Shown here piece by piece: positions 37,138 through 46,540 of a stretch of 64,000 nucleotides of DNA. Both the position numbers and the translations under genes were made by a program. The notes beneath the pieces were generated by a model. The model was not told the DNA's origin. It did not search any database and saw only the letters and a list, made by a program, of their open reading frames with translations. How positions within the stretch are numbered: position 1 is the stretch's first letter; the number at the start of each line of letters is the position of its first letter. The DNA is taken from the NCBI GenBank assembly GCA_020636495.1, contig JACJXQ010000009.1, positions 53,823-117,822 on the forward strand, in the 5' to 3' direction. Source of the DNA: Chitinophagales bacterium. Its GTDB lineage: Bacteria; Bacteroidota; Bacteroidia; Chitinophagales; Chitinophagaceae.

Positions 37138-38547
37138 ATGAAACCATTAACACTGAAGGGAAAAGAATTACTGGCAATGGGGTATCCTGAATCGGAAGCT
37201 ATAGCTTTTGCTATCACCTTTGCTGCTGAAAGATATAATGAGGAAGAAAAGGAAGTTGCGTTAACGCAACTGGCCAAAGTGTTGAGCAATCCCGAATCTT
37301 TTATTGAAGATGAGGCACTGGGAGCATTAGCAGGTAAACTGATAGTGAAAGACGACAACATTGTGCTGCAGGAACAGTTGGAATACGCTGTATATGGTGC
37401 AGAACATATTGAAGATGGAGCGCACAGGCAAATGGAACTGGCCACAAGGCTACCCATCAGCATAGCGGGTGCTTTAATGCCTGATGCGCACCAGGGTTAC
37501 GGATTGCCGATAGGTGGCGTGCTGGCTACAAACAATGCCATCATACCATATGGCGTAGGTGTGGATATAGGCTGCAGAATGTGCCTGAGTATATATGATA
37601 TACCGGAGCAACATTTCAAAGACAATATCATGCAATATAAAAGGGACCTGATAGCTCATACAAAATTTGGTGCCGGAGCAGGTTTCCATGGACAATATAA
37701 AAGTGAGCATGCTGTGTTGGATGATGCTGCATTCAATATGAATACCCTGGTGAAGAGTCTGAAAGACAAGGCATACTCTCAACTAGGTACATCAGGTGGT
37801 GGCAATCACTTTGCAGAGTATGGCATCATAGAGATATTGTCAGAAGATAATGGCTATAATCTGCCAATGGGAAAGTATTTGGCGCTACTGACACATTCCG
37901 GTTCCAGGGGTTTGGGGGCAACAATCGCTAACCACTATACCAAACTGGCAAAAAGCCTGAGCAAACTACCTAAAGAGGTACAGAATCTGGCCTATTTTGA
38001 TCTTGACAGCCATGAAGGACAGGAGTACTGGAAGGCTATGAACCTGGCCGGGAAATATGCCAGTGCTTGTCACGAAGTGATACACGACAAACTAGCATTG
38101 GCAACCGGTGGACAGGTACTGGCAAGGGTGGAGAATCACCACAACTTTGCCTGGAAAGAGCAGTGGAATGGGCAGGATGTGATCGTACATAGAAAAGGTG
38201 CTACTCCTGCGGGTAAGGGTGTCATGGGTATCATACCGGGATCGATGACGGAACCTGGATACCTGGTGAGGGGACGTGGACAAGCCTCTTCTATCAACTC
38301 AGCATCACATGGCGCAGGGCGGCAGATGAGCCGTACACAAGCTAACAAAACATTCAACAGGCAATCGTTGAAAACATTGCTGAGAGAAAAGGATGTGATG
38401 CTGATAGGAGGTGGACTGGATGAGGCACCTGGTGCCTATAAAGACATCAATACCGTAATGGCCGCTCAAACCGACCTTGTAGATGTACTGGCAAGGTTCC
38501 TGCCTAAAATGGTAAGGATGGCAGACGATGGAAGCCGGGAAGACTAA
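37138..38547 (+). CDS. rtcB: RNA 3'-phosphate/5'-OH ligase RtcB
   Basis: MPDAHQGYGLPIGGV, GVDIGCRM, GGGNHFAEYG, HSGSRGLG, ENHHNF and HRKGATPA motifs, including the active-site His region. Confidence 0.95.
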   Translation: MKPLTLKGKELLAMGYPESEAIAFAITFAAERYNEEEKEVALTQLAKVLSNPESFIEDEALGALAGKLIVKDDNIVLQEQLEYAVYGAEHIEDGAHRQMELATRLPISIAGALMPDAHQGYGLPIGGVLATNNAIIPYGVGVDIGCRMCLSIYDIPEQHFKDNIMQYKRDLIAHTKFGAGAGFHGQYKSEHAVLDDAAFNMNTLVKSLKDKAYSQLGTSGGGNHFAEYGIIEILSEDNGYNLPMGKYLALLTHSGSRGLGATIANHYTKLAKSLSKLPKEVQNLAYFDLDSHEGQEYWKAMNLAGKYASACHEVIHDKLALATGGQVLARVENHHNFAWKEQWNGQDVIVHRKGATPAGKGVMGIIPGSMTEPGYLVRGRGQASSINSASHGAGRQMSRTQANKTFNRQSLKTLLREKDVMLIGGGLDEAPGAYKDINTVMAAQTDLVDVLARFLPKMVRMADDGSRED

Positions 38548-38724
38548 GCGGCTGTTTAAAACGAAAATGTTCTTTGAATATAAAAGACTCCTTTGACAAA
38601 AGGAAAAGAAGGTGTTGCTCTTGTGTTTGCGTCAGACCCGATAATGGTTTCTGTATAGCCACATAGTATTGCATGCCACTGGTATGGCAATATGCTGCTG
38701 GGTTAATACATCAACATCCACGAT

Positions 38725-38866
38725 CCAACGTGTTGGAGGTTCGAATCCTCCCTCCGGCTTGCCGGAGTAGCTCAATCAGGTAGAGTAGTTGACCAACGCA
38801 GGTTCGAATCCTGCTTCCCCTTGAGGGAATAGCTTAGTGGACGAAAGCAACGGATTCAGGTTCCGG
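38725..38866 (+). ncRNA. candidate structured RNA: two tandem circularly permuted tRNA-like modules (YrlA-like tRNA mimic)
   Basis: T arms GGAGG-TTCGAAT-CCTCC (38735-51) and GCAGG-TTCGAAT-CCTGC (38798-814). Each is followed by a closed acceptor-like hairpin (CTCCGGC-TT-GCCGGAG; TTCCC-CTTGA-GGGAA), a TA dinucleotide and a D arm (GCTC-AATCAGGTA-GAGT; GCTT-AGTGGACGA-AAGC). An anticodon-like hairpin CGGA-TTCAGGT-TCCG lies at 38851-65. The transcript ends are unknown. Confidence 0.6.
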
Positions 38867-39169
38867 TGATTATGAAGTGGCAGCTTCTGAAATATGCGAT
38901 AAAGAAAGCCCTGTAGCGGCAGGTTTTAAAACGGTTCTCAGAACATTGATAAAACAACTGCTATATGCCAGGAATAAGCAAATACCGTTTGTGTGCATTG
39001 CCATGCTTTGCGTACAGGGATCATTTACAGAATATCGATAGATGACAGGTGTACAATAACCATTGCGATAGCAGATATACTCAAGCTTATTTCCGTGTAC
39101 AGTGGTTGCCGCTACAGTTGCTTTCTTTTTGAAACAGATTAAAAACATGAACACTTAAACCGAATAATT

Positions 39170-40285
39170 ATGCAACGCGTAAGAGTAAAAGCCTACTGGA
39201 TAGGCATGAAATACAAAAACGGGCGGTATATAAAAATGCTGAACGAGGGTACTTACTGGCAGTATGCAAATGAACAGGTGGTAACCTACGACCAGGCGAA
39301 AATATACGTAGCTCCTGACAACATTAATGTATTGCTGCAGGATACGGACTTTGCGGCCGCAGCAACGATCGCAGAGGTTGCGGATAACGAACGTGTCATC
39401 CTGTATGCCAACGGACTGTACAAACAGATACTGCAACCCGGCAAATACATATTATGGAACGCATTTGTGAACTATACAATGGTACGTATAGACCTGAACA
39501 AGGTATATCTGCCTGAAGGTGTAGACAAGGCAGTACTGATGAAGTCTGAGATATCCCGTATCGTTACTGTACATACAATAGAGCCTTATGAAAAAGGGAT
39601 ATTGTACATCAATGGTCAGTTTGATAAAGTGATGGAATCAGGCGTGTACTACTTCATAAAAAATGAAACTCCTGTATTAATACAGAAGGTAGATATGCGC
39701 CTGCAACAGACCGATGTGAACGGACAGGAAATACTGACCAAAGACAAAGCAGTATTGCGCGTAAACTTCTACGCACAATACCGTGTGACAGATATAATGA
39801 AGGCATTGGTAGACAACCGTGACATGAATGGACAACTGTATACCATACTGCAATTGGCCATACGGGAATACATAGGCGGATATACGCTGGATGAATTGCT
39901 GGAAAAAAAGAACGAGATAGCTGGTTTAGTGCTGGAAACTATCCGTAACAAAGCAACACGCATGGGTGTAGACATAACAGACTGTGGAATAAAGGACATC
40001 ATATTACCCGGCGATATGAAAGACATCATGAACCAGGTATTGATAGCTGAAAAAAGGGCGCAGGCAAATGTTATCACCCGCAGAGAGGAGACTGCCGGTA
40101 CCAGGAGCATGCTGAACACCGCAAAGCTGATGGAAGAGAACGAGATGTTGTTCCGTTTGAAAGAAATGGAATACGTTGAAAAGATAGCAGAGAAGATCAA
40201 TGGCATCTCCGTTTCCGGTACAGGTGACCTGATAGGACAATTAAGCAAAATATTTGTACCCACGAAATCAGGTACAAATAAATAG
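39170..40285 (+). CDS. SPFH/band-7 (slipin-like) domain protein
   Basis: The C-terminal half carries a band-7 core (LTKDKAVLRVNFYAQYRV...VDITDCGIKDIILPGDMKDIMNQVLIAEKRAQANVI) and a coiled-coil tail. Confidence 0.88.
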   Translation: MQRVRVKAYWIGMKYKNGRYIKMLNEGTYWQYANEQVVTYDQAKIYVAPDNINVLLQDTDFAAAATIAEVADNERVILYANGLYKQILQPGKYILWNAFVNYTMVRIDLNKVYLPEGVDKAVLMKSEISRIVTVHTIEPYEKGILYINGQFDKVMESGVYYFIKNETPVLIQKVDMRLQQTDVNGQEILTKDKAVLRVNFYAQYRVTDIMKALVDNRDMNGQLYTILQLAIREYIGGYTLDELLEKKNEIAGLVLETIRNKATRMGVDITDCGIKDIILPGDMKDIMNQVLIAEKRAQANVITRREETAGTRSMLNTAKLMEENEMLFRLKEMEYVEKIAEKINGISVSGTGDLIGQLSKIFVPTKSGTNK

Positions 40286-40292
40286 GAGCGGC

Positions 40293-40328
40293 CCCGCCCT
40301 GCAGCCGCAGGGCGGGTTATTAATTTTT
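40293..40328 (+). terminator. rho-independent terminator
   Basis: 10-bp GC-rich stem CCCGCCCTGC/GCAGGGCGGG, loop AGCC, then TTATTAATTTTT. Confidence 0.85.
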
Positions 40329-40388
40329 GCACATTAAAACAGAAGGTATTTTATAAAAAAAGTCGCCCCTAAGGACGACTTATGAATG

Positions 40389-40462
<74 letters not shown>

Positions 40463-40530
40463 GTTCGGGACGGCAAATATACTCAGCATTCCGGTTTTTA
40501 TCCAAATTTGACTAACTTTAATTATACGCA

Positions 40531-40701
40531 ATGGTAAATATTATGTGGAAACAGATACTAACATACCTCTACATACGTAAACGCGACCCCAACGAACCTA
40601 AGAGTATTGACCTTAAGTTCATGCATGGCATGAACCGCATATCCATACTCATGTTCCTTATAGCCATCATTGTTATGATAGTAAGATTAATTACCAAGTA
40701 A
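40531..40701 (+). CDS. possible small membrane protein (56 aa; below the ORF-track cutoff)
   Basis: MVNIMWKQILTYLYIRKRDPNEPKSIDLKFMHGMNRISILMFLIAIIVMIVRLITK has one C-terminal TM segment. I recall similar small proteins in Bacteroidota but cannot verify this. Its 3' end overlaps the lpxB stop region. Confidence 0.45.
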   Translation: MVNIMWKQILTYLYIRKRDPNEPKSIDLKFMHGMNRISILMFLIAIIVMIVRLITK

Positions 40702-41790
40702 GGTCAGAATTTCATCAGCAGCTAGTTCCGACGTACTGTAAGTACCCAGTTTATCCCACAGTTCGGCGTAATCAGCCTTCAGTTCTTCAATGTAGCTTTC
40801 GTTTTCCAGTATTTTAGTCAGCTCAACATACAACATTGCCGGGTTGAAATCTTCCTGTATCAGTTCCTTTATTACTTCCTTATCCATGATCAGGTTCACA
40901 AGTGATATATATTTCACGTCAACAAGCTTTGTAGCCAGCCAGAACGAAACAGGGTTTCCTTTATAACACACCACTTCAGGCACACCAAACAATGCAGTTT
41001 CCAATGTAGCTGTACCACTGGTCACCAAAGCTGCACGTGCCTGTTTCAACAGGTTATAGGTCTGATTATTAGCTATCAGTACATTTTTGTCACCTATAAG
41101 TCCATGATATAAACTATCCGGTTGTGCCGGTGCCTGTGCTACTACAAATTGGTAGTCCGGGAATTTCTCTACCATTTCCAGCATTACAGGTAGCTTCACA
41201 AGTATTTCTTGCTTCCGGCTACCTGGCAACAGGGCTATCACAGGTTTATCACCCAGCTTTTGCACAGGCACATTATCCTTCTCATTCTGAATGGCCTCTG
41301 TAAGCGGGTGTCCTACATAGGTCACATCATAATCCCATTTGTCTTTATAATAATCTACCTCAAATGGTAATATGACTAACATTTTGTCTACATCGCGCTT
41401 TATTTTCTTTACACGATTAGCTTTCCATGCCCACACTTGCGGAGAAATATAATATACAACCTTCAACCCCTGTTTTTTTGCCCATTCGGCTATACGCAGG
41501 TTAAATCCAGGATAGTCTATCAGCACCAGCACATCAGGCTTGTAAGCTATGATGTCCCTTTTACAAAAGTTTATGTTATTAAGAATTGTACCCAGATTGG
41601 CCAATACCTCTACAAAGCCCATAAAAGCAAGGTCCCTGTAATGTTTTACCAGCACACTGCCGGCAGCCTGCATTTTATCACCACCCCAGCATCTTACGTC
41701 TGCGGCAGCATCTTTTTTATGTAAAGCTGTTATGAGGTTACCGCCATGCAGGTCTCCACTCGCCTCACCCGCTATGACGTAATAGCGCAT
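40687..41790 (-). CDS. lpxB: lipid-A-disaccharide synthase
   Basis: MRYYVIAGEASGDLHGGNLI N-terminus and typical length (367 aa). Confidence 0.93.
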   Translation of the reverse strand: MRYYVIAGEASGDLHGGNLITALHKKDAAADVRCWGGDKMQAAGSVLVKHYRDLAFMGFVEVLANLGTILNNINFCKRDIIAYKPDVLVLIDYPGFNLRIAEWAKKQGLKVVYYISPQVWAWKANRVKKIKRDVDKMLVILPFEVDYYKDKWDYDVTYVGHPLTEAIQNEKDNVPVQKLGDKPVIALLPGSRKQEILVKLPVMLEMVEKFPDYQFVVAQAPAQPDSLYHGLIGDKNVLIANNQTYNLLKQARAALVTSGTATLETALFGVPEVVCYKGNPVSFWLATKLVDVKYISLVNLIMDKEVIKELIQEDFNPAMLYVELTKILENESYIEELKADYAELWDKLGTYSTSELAADEILTLLGN

Positions 41791-42081
41791 TTACCAGACA
41801 AACTTAAGTAAGACAATAAGCACAGCATACAATACCGTTGCAATAAGGATGCCCCTGGCCGTGAGGTCAAGCCGCCTGTTGGTATAATAGATGAACGGTA
41901 TGATGTTGGCCAGGATACTGAAACTAAGCACCAATGCTGCCATATCAAAATTATGCGTCATGGTCTGGACAAAGGCATTAAAAGACTGCCCGCCAAACTT
42001 CACCAGGTACATGATCATCATCCCAAGCATAGGTACGATCAAACCAATTATCAAGCCTAATATCGATATATTACGTTTCAT
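41791..42081 (-). CDS. hypothetical small membrane protein
   Basis: Three predicted TM segments. It abuts the lpxB start. I chose the ATG at 42081. Confidence 0.55.
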   Translation of the reverse strand: MKRNISILGLIIGLIVPMLGMMIMYLVKFGGQSFNAFVQTMTHNFDMAALVLSFSILANIIPFIYYTNRRLDLTARGILIATVLYAVLIVLLKFVW

Positions 42082-42189
42082 AGCCGTTAAATATACCGCT
42101 AATATACAAGTCAAAAAATCATTTTGCTAACGTTGGTCTGTCAATGTTGAAAGAATTACCTTTGCATCCAGATTGATAAAACCGTTTAC

Positions 42190-42951
42190 ATGAACTTCTT
42201 TTTAAAAAATATACCTGAACGTACCCAACAGCCACGCACTTACGGGCTGACAATGGCTATGGATAAGGGAATGGGACTGGATGATGTACGAAATTTCATG
42301 TCTGTTGCTTCTCCGTTCGTTGATATAGTAAAGTTCGGCTTTGGTACTGCATTTGTAACCAATAACCTGCGCGAGAAAATAAACATATACAAAGAAAACA
42401 ACATGCCGGTATACTTCGGAGGCACGTTGTTTGAAGCATTTGCTATTCGTGACCAGTTTGACGACTACCTGGCAGTGATCAAAGATTATGGGTTACAGTA
42501 TGTTGAAGTATCTGACGGGTCTATTACTATTCCACATGAACAAAAATGTGAATATATATCAGAACTGGCTAAACACGTAACAGTTCTTTCTGAAGTGGGG
42601 TCAAAAGACGCTGCTCATATTATTCCGCCTTATAAGTGGATCGAGTTGATGAAAGCAGAGCTGGGTGCAGGTGCCTCATATGTTATTGCAGAGGCAAGAG
42701 AGTCTGGTAATGTAGGCATATACCGTGGATCAGGCGAGGTTCGTGAAGGGCTGGTACAGGAAATTCTGACACAGATCCCGGCGGAAAAAATAATATGGGA
42801 AGCTCCGCTGAAAGCACAACAGGTGTACTTTATGGAATTGCTTGGTGCTAATGTGAACCTTGGTAACATTCCACCATCAGAAGTACTGCCACTCGAGGCC
42901 ATGCGTAATGGATTGAGGGGAGATACTTTCCATATGTTCCTGGATAAATAA
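42190..42951 (+). CDS. comA: phosphosulfolactate synthase (ComA family)
   Basis: RTYGLTMAMDKG...VDIVKFGFGT...VYFGGTLFE matches my recollection of the (2R)-phospho-3-sulfolactate synthase family. Confidence 0.75.
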   Translation: MNFFLKNIPERTQQPRTYGLTMAMDKGMGLDDVRNFMSVASPFVDIVKFGFGTAFVTNNLREKINIYKENNMPVYFGGTLFEAFAIRDQFDDYLAVIKDYGLQYVEVSDGSITIPHEQKCEYISELAKHVTVLSEVGSKDAAHIIPPYKWIELMKAELGAGASYVIAEARESGNVGIYRGSGEVREGLVQEILTQIPAEKIIWEAPLKAQQVYFMELLGANVNLGNIPPSEVLPLEAMRNGLRGDTFHMFLDK

Positions 42952-43007
42952 TTTTTCTAAAAAAGGGTATGCGATGCATACCCTTTTTATTTCCTCATAT
43001 TTGCAGA

Positions 43008-43745
43008 ATGAGCAGCAAAGCCTTATACGGTCTGATTGGCTATCCGTTAGAGCATAGTTTTTCTCCTGCTTATTTCAGTGATAAGTTCAGGCTTGAAAAC
43101 CTCAATGCGGAATATAGGACGTTCCCTATTTCTGCAATTGAGGATTTACCTATTTTGCTACAGCAATACCCTCGCCTGAAAGGACTAAACGTAACTATAC
43201 CCTATAAAGAAACTGTATTATCTTTTTTGGATGCATTAGACCCTGATGCAGCAGTTATCGGAGCTGTCAACTGTATCAGCTTTGCTGGGGGTAAAAAAAC
43301 AGGCTACAACACAGATGTTATTGGCTTCCGGAACAGCCTGTCCCCGTTGCTGCAACCCTATATGACGCACGCTCTGGTATTAGGCTCCGGGGGAGCTTCA
43401 AAAGCGGTTAAATTCGTATTACAACAACTGGGTATAGACTACAATGTAGTGTCCAGAACCAAGAATACAGGATATATTACATATAAAGATGTGGATGCCC
43501 GCATGATAACCGAAAATACACTTATCGTCAACACAACTCCATTGGGTATGTATCCCACTATCAATGATCGTCCGGGTATACCTTATGAAGCCCTTACCAA
43601 CCGTCACTTATTATTCGATTTGATATATAACCCAGAAGCTACCCTATTCCTGCAATCAGGTGCAAAACATGGCGCTATGATAAAAAACGGCAAAGAGATG
43701 TTGCAGCTTCAGGCGGAGGCATCATGGACCATATGGAACTTATGA
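43008..43745 (+). CDS. aroE: shikimate dehydrogenase
   Basis: YGLIGYPLEHSFSP N-terminus, NVTIPYKE, and the NAD(P) site LVLGSGGASKAV. I chose the ATG at 43008. Confidence 0.9.
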   Translation: MSSKALYGLIGYPLEHSFSPAYFSDKFRLENLNAEYRTFPISAIEDLPILLQQYPRLKGLNVTIPYKETVLSFLDALDPDAAVIGAVNCISFAGGKKTGYNTDVIGFRNSLSPLLQPYMTHALVLGSGGASKAVKFVLQQLGIDYNVVSRTKNTGYITYKDVDARMITENTLIVNTTPLGMYPTINDRPGIPYEALTNRHLLFDLIYNPEATLFLQSGAKHGAMIKNGKEMLQLQAEASWTIWNL

Positions 43746-44534
43746 TATGCCTACGGTATAATACACACAGGTTGTAAGGAAATTACGCAGGTAAGGCATG
43801 GCAGAGATCAACCGGGATTGCTTAATAGGTTTCCATCCGAATTTATATTTATAGATCGGGTTCAACAAGTAATGTTGTTTGTTCATGGTCTGTAACCCAC
43901 TCTTCTTCAATATACGTTCAAAACGTTCGATACTTATCTGCGTATCATGTATTTCCATCAATTCAGTGATAACACCTTTGTCTTCTCCAAAGGCCTTCAA
44001 TACACGCTTATATAATTTCTTGGGCAAGATATGATAATATGGCATCATGGCTATCTTCCTGGTTGCTATCTGCTGGTGTCCGCCAAACGGCATATACCAC
44101 GGCGGAAATCCGAAAAATATCTGTCCATCCCTTTTTATGAGGTTCTTGAGATACGGAATGAACAACTCCTGGTCAGGAATATGTTCTATAGCGTCCTTTA
44201 GTATGATCACATCAAAATGATTCTTGAACCTGTGCAGGAAATCGTCATCATAAACATTCTGGCACAAAAACTCAGCTTTACCTGTCTTTACATACCCTGA
44301 CAGGAATTGTTTGGCCAGGTCTGTTCTGAGGCAATTCAGGTCTACTCCTACACAATTGCAGCCCATTTCAGCAAATGGGACTAATACCCCACCTTCCCCA
44401 CAGCCTATTTCCAGCACATTTACGCCCTTACCCAATGGTTTGGTTTGTGCGATAAAGGGCAATACATAAGAGCGGGAATTATCTACTTGCTGCTCGTAGC
44501 GTATGCCTTCGTCTTTGTGTTGTTTTAGTGCCAA
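43740..44534 (-). CDS. class I SAM-dependent methyltransferase
   Basis: VLEIGCGEGG motif I and a downstream DVIILKDAIEHI motif. Confidence 0.85.
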   Translation of the reverse strand: MALKQHKDEGIRYEQQVDNSRSYVLPFIAQTKPLGKGVNVLEIGCGEGGVLVPFAEMGCNCVGVDLNCLRTDLAKQFLSGYVKTGKAEFLCQNVYDDDFLHRFKNHFDVIILKDAIEHIPDQELFIPYLKNLIKRDGQIFFGFPPWYMPFGGHQQIATRKIAMMPYYHILPKKLYKRVLKAFGEDKGVITELMEIHDTQISIERFERILKKSGLQTMNKQHYLLNPIYKYKFGWKPIKQSRLISAMPYLRNFLTTCVYYTVGIS

Positions 44535-44563
44535 TGTATCTTTTATGTTTAGGGAGAGTAAAG

Positions 44564-45643
44564 TTAACTTTTTACCTGTTTTATCAAACCTTGCAATATC
44601 TCTAATTGTTTACTGATGCTATGGTGGTGAATTTTTTCATATAATTCAACAATAAACTCCTTGGACAGCCCTAGTTGCTCAGCGCGCGTACCGCGGGTAT
44701 TTACTATGTCGCTCCAGCGTTCCGGCTGGTAGGCCGTCATGTTATATTCTTTTTTCAGGTGGCCGATTTTCTCACTCAGTTCCATTCTACGGGCTATCAG
44801 GTCTATTATCTCAGCATCTACCCCATCCATTACCTGGCGCAGATATTCCATCTCTACACCTTCAGCCTGACCTGCATCGGTATTATCACGCACTACGAGT
44901 TTATCGAGTATATCTGCCAGTGTAGCCGGGGTAACCTGTTGTGCGGCATCGCTCAGTGCATTATCCGGGTCGGTATGGGTTTCAATCATCAAACCCTCAA
45001 ATCCCATATTCATCGCCTTTTGTGCAATATCAGCTACCAGCTTACGATTTCCTGTTATATGGCTGGGGTCGCAGATGATAGGCATATCAGGCATCCTGCG
45101 TTTAAGCTCAATAGGTATGGGCCAGTTGGGCTGATTACGGTAAACTGACGCAGCATTATAGGAAGAAAAACCACGATGTATAGCTGCAATATCAGTAATA
45201 CCAGCCGCAGCCACCCGTTCGATAGCACCCTGCCACAGGTCAACATCCGGATTAACAGGGTTTTTGACCATGACAGGTATGTCCACCCCCTTAAGAACAT
45301 CTGCAATACGTTGTACCTGGAAAGGGTTCACGGTTGTTCGGGCACCTATCCACAGCACATCAATACCATATTTCAATGCCAGCTCCACATGCTGGGGACT
45401 AGCCACTTCTATGGTCACAGGTAAACTATATTGCACTTTTACATCCCTAAGCCATTGTAGGGCTTCTTCTCCCATTCCTTCGAAAGAACCGGGTCGTGTG
45501 CGGGGTTTCCACACACCAGCCCGAAAAAGGTGTACTGGCAACTGTTGCAAAGCCGAAGCAATACCCGAAACCTGCTCATATGATTCTGCGCTGCAGGGGC
45601 CTGCAATTAAAAATGGTTTGCCTTTTTGTTGAAAAAATGACAT
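44564..45643 (-). CDS. bifunctional 3-deoxy-7-phosphoheptulonate synthase / chorismate mutase
   Basis: N-terminal type I-beta DAHP/KDO8P synthase fold (LIAGPCSAES...CDPSH) and a C-terminal chorismate mutase type II helix bundle (LRQVMDGVDAEIIDLIARRMELSEKIG). Confidence 0.9.
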   Translation of the reverse strand: MSFFQQKGKPFLIAGPCSAESYEQVSGIASALQQLPVHLFRAGVWKPRTRPGSFEGMGEEALQWLRDVKVQYSLPVTIEVASPQHVELALKYGIDVLWIGARTTVNPFQVQRIADVLKGVDIPVMVKNPVNPDVDLWQGAIERVAAAGITDIAAIHRGFSSYNAASVYRNQPNWPIPIELKRRMPDMPIICDPSHITGNRKLVADIAQKAMNMGFEGLMIETHTDPDNALSDAAQQVTPATLADILDKLVVRDNTDAGQAEGVEMEYLRQVMDGVDAEIIDLIARRMELSEKIGHLKKEYNMTAYQPERWSDIVNTRGTRAEQLGLSKEFIVELYEKIHHHSISKQLEILQGLIKQVKS

Positions 45644-45729
45644 AATGCAAAGATAAACGTGATTTGCTGAACCGACGACAACTAATTATTTATAGTACTA
45701 TTCCGTGTATTGAAGGTATCTTTGCAGAC

Positions 45730-46416
45730 ATGAAGCAACTACCCCTGCTTGCCGACCTGAAAGAAGGCGGTGTGATACTGGTAGATAAACCATACGAATG
45801 GACATCTTTTGACGTTGTGAACAGACTGCGTAAACAACTGAAAGTAAAAATAGGACATGCCGGTACGCTGGACCCGTTAGCTACGGGTCTTTTGATATGC
45901 TGCACAGGCAAATTCACCAAAAAGATCACCGAATACCAAAAACAACCAAAAGAATACACTGGCATCTTTCACCTGGGTGCTGTAACACCAACTTACGACC
46001 TTGAGAGTGAACCGGAGCGATTTGCATCATACGAAGGGTTGTCTGACGATGATATCAGGAATGCTACTACACAATTTACCGGAAATATAGAACAATTACC
46101 TCCCATACACTCTGCCATAAAAAAGGATGGCAAAAGAGCCTATGAATATGCACGTGCAGGCAAAGAGATAAAACTGGATGCTCGCCCGGTACAGATAACT
46201 GAATTTGAGATAACCGCTATCAAACTGCCTGAAGTACATTTCAGGGTAGCATGCAGCACAGGTACGTACATACGCTCACTGGCGCATGATTTTGGGCAGG
46301 TATTGGGTTGCGGTGCTTACCTGCAGGCATTGAGACGTACAAAAATTGGTGATTTCAGTGCAGACAATGCACATAGTCCTGCTGAACTGGTGGCATACTG
46401 GCAGACTGTTGAATAA
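45730..46416 (+). CDS. truB: tRNA pseudouridine(55) synthase
   Basis: [18 protein letters not shown]...[14 protein letters not shown] catalytic Asp motif. I chose the ATG at 45730. Confidence 0.92.
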   Translation: MKQLPLLADLKEGGVILVDKPYEWTSFDVVNRLRKQLKVKIGHAGTLDPLATGLLICCTGKFTKKITEYQKQPKEYTGIFHLGAVTPTYDLESEPERFASYEGLSDDDIRNATTQFTGNIEQLPPIHSAIKKDGKRAYEYARAGKEIKLDARPVQITEFEITAIKLPEVHFRVACSTGTYIRSLAHDFGQVLGCGAYLQALRRTKIGDFSADNAHSPAELVAYWQTVE

Positions 46417-46487
46417 GCCAACATTCCTGCAAATAACAATTCCGCTTAGAAATTAAGAATCACATATACGTTGATTCACAATATCTG

Positions 46488-46540
46488 TTCGTCAAACCAA
46501 AATGGTCCTTCGTCGAACGAAATATGCTATTCGTTCAATG
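46488..46540 (+). repeat. three direct TTCGT(C/T)-type repeats phased exactly 21 bp apart
   Basis: TTCGTCAAACC at 46488, TTCGTCGAACG at 46509 and TTCGTTCAATG at 46530. Confidence 0.4.

Noticed and set aside
36000-37463. The 487-aa ORF in the track, which would extend the WYL regulator 142 aa upstream.
   Set aside because: The extension is Ser/Cys/Ala-rich and low in complexity, and it runs antisense through the 5' end of rtcB. The recognisable HTH-WYL protein starts at the internal ATG at 37037 (MPVNRNALIRYKT...).
38735-38866. Two ordinary tRNA genes or tRNA pseudogenes downstream of rtcB.
   Set aside because: Read in canonical order, the pieces do not form a tRNA. The 5' acceptor GCCGGAG and D arm 1 are followed after only 10 nt by T arm 2, so there is no anticodon arm. 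The following 3' strand TTCCCC does not pair with GCCGGAG. Each acceptor strand pairs instead with the strand immediately next to it across a TT. There is no discriminator base or CCA. The permuted reading explains all the elements.
38870-39436. Two consecutive minus-strand ORFs (94 and 93 aa) between the tRNA-like region and the SPFH gene.
   Set aside because: Their composition is odd (Cys/Tyr/His-rich) and I recognise no motifs. The second overlaps the well-supported SPFH gene start on the opposite strand.
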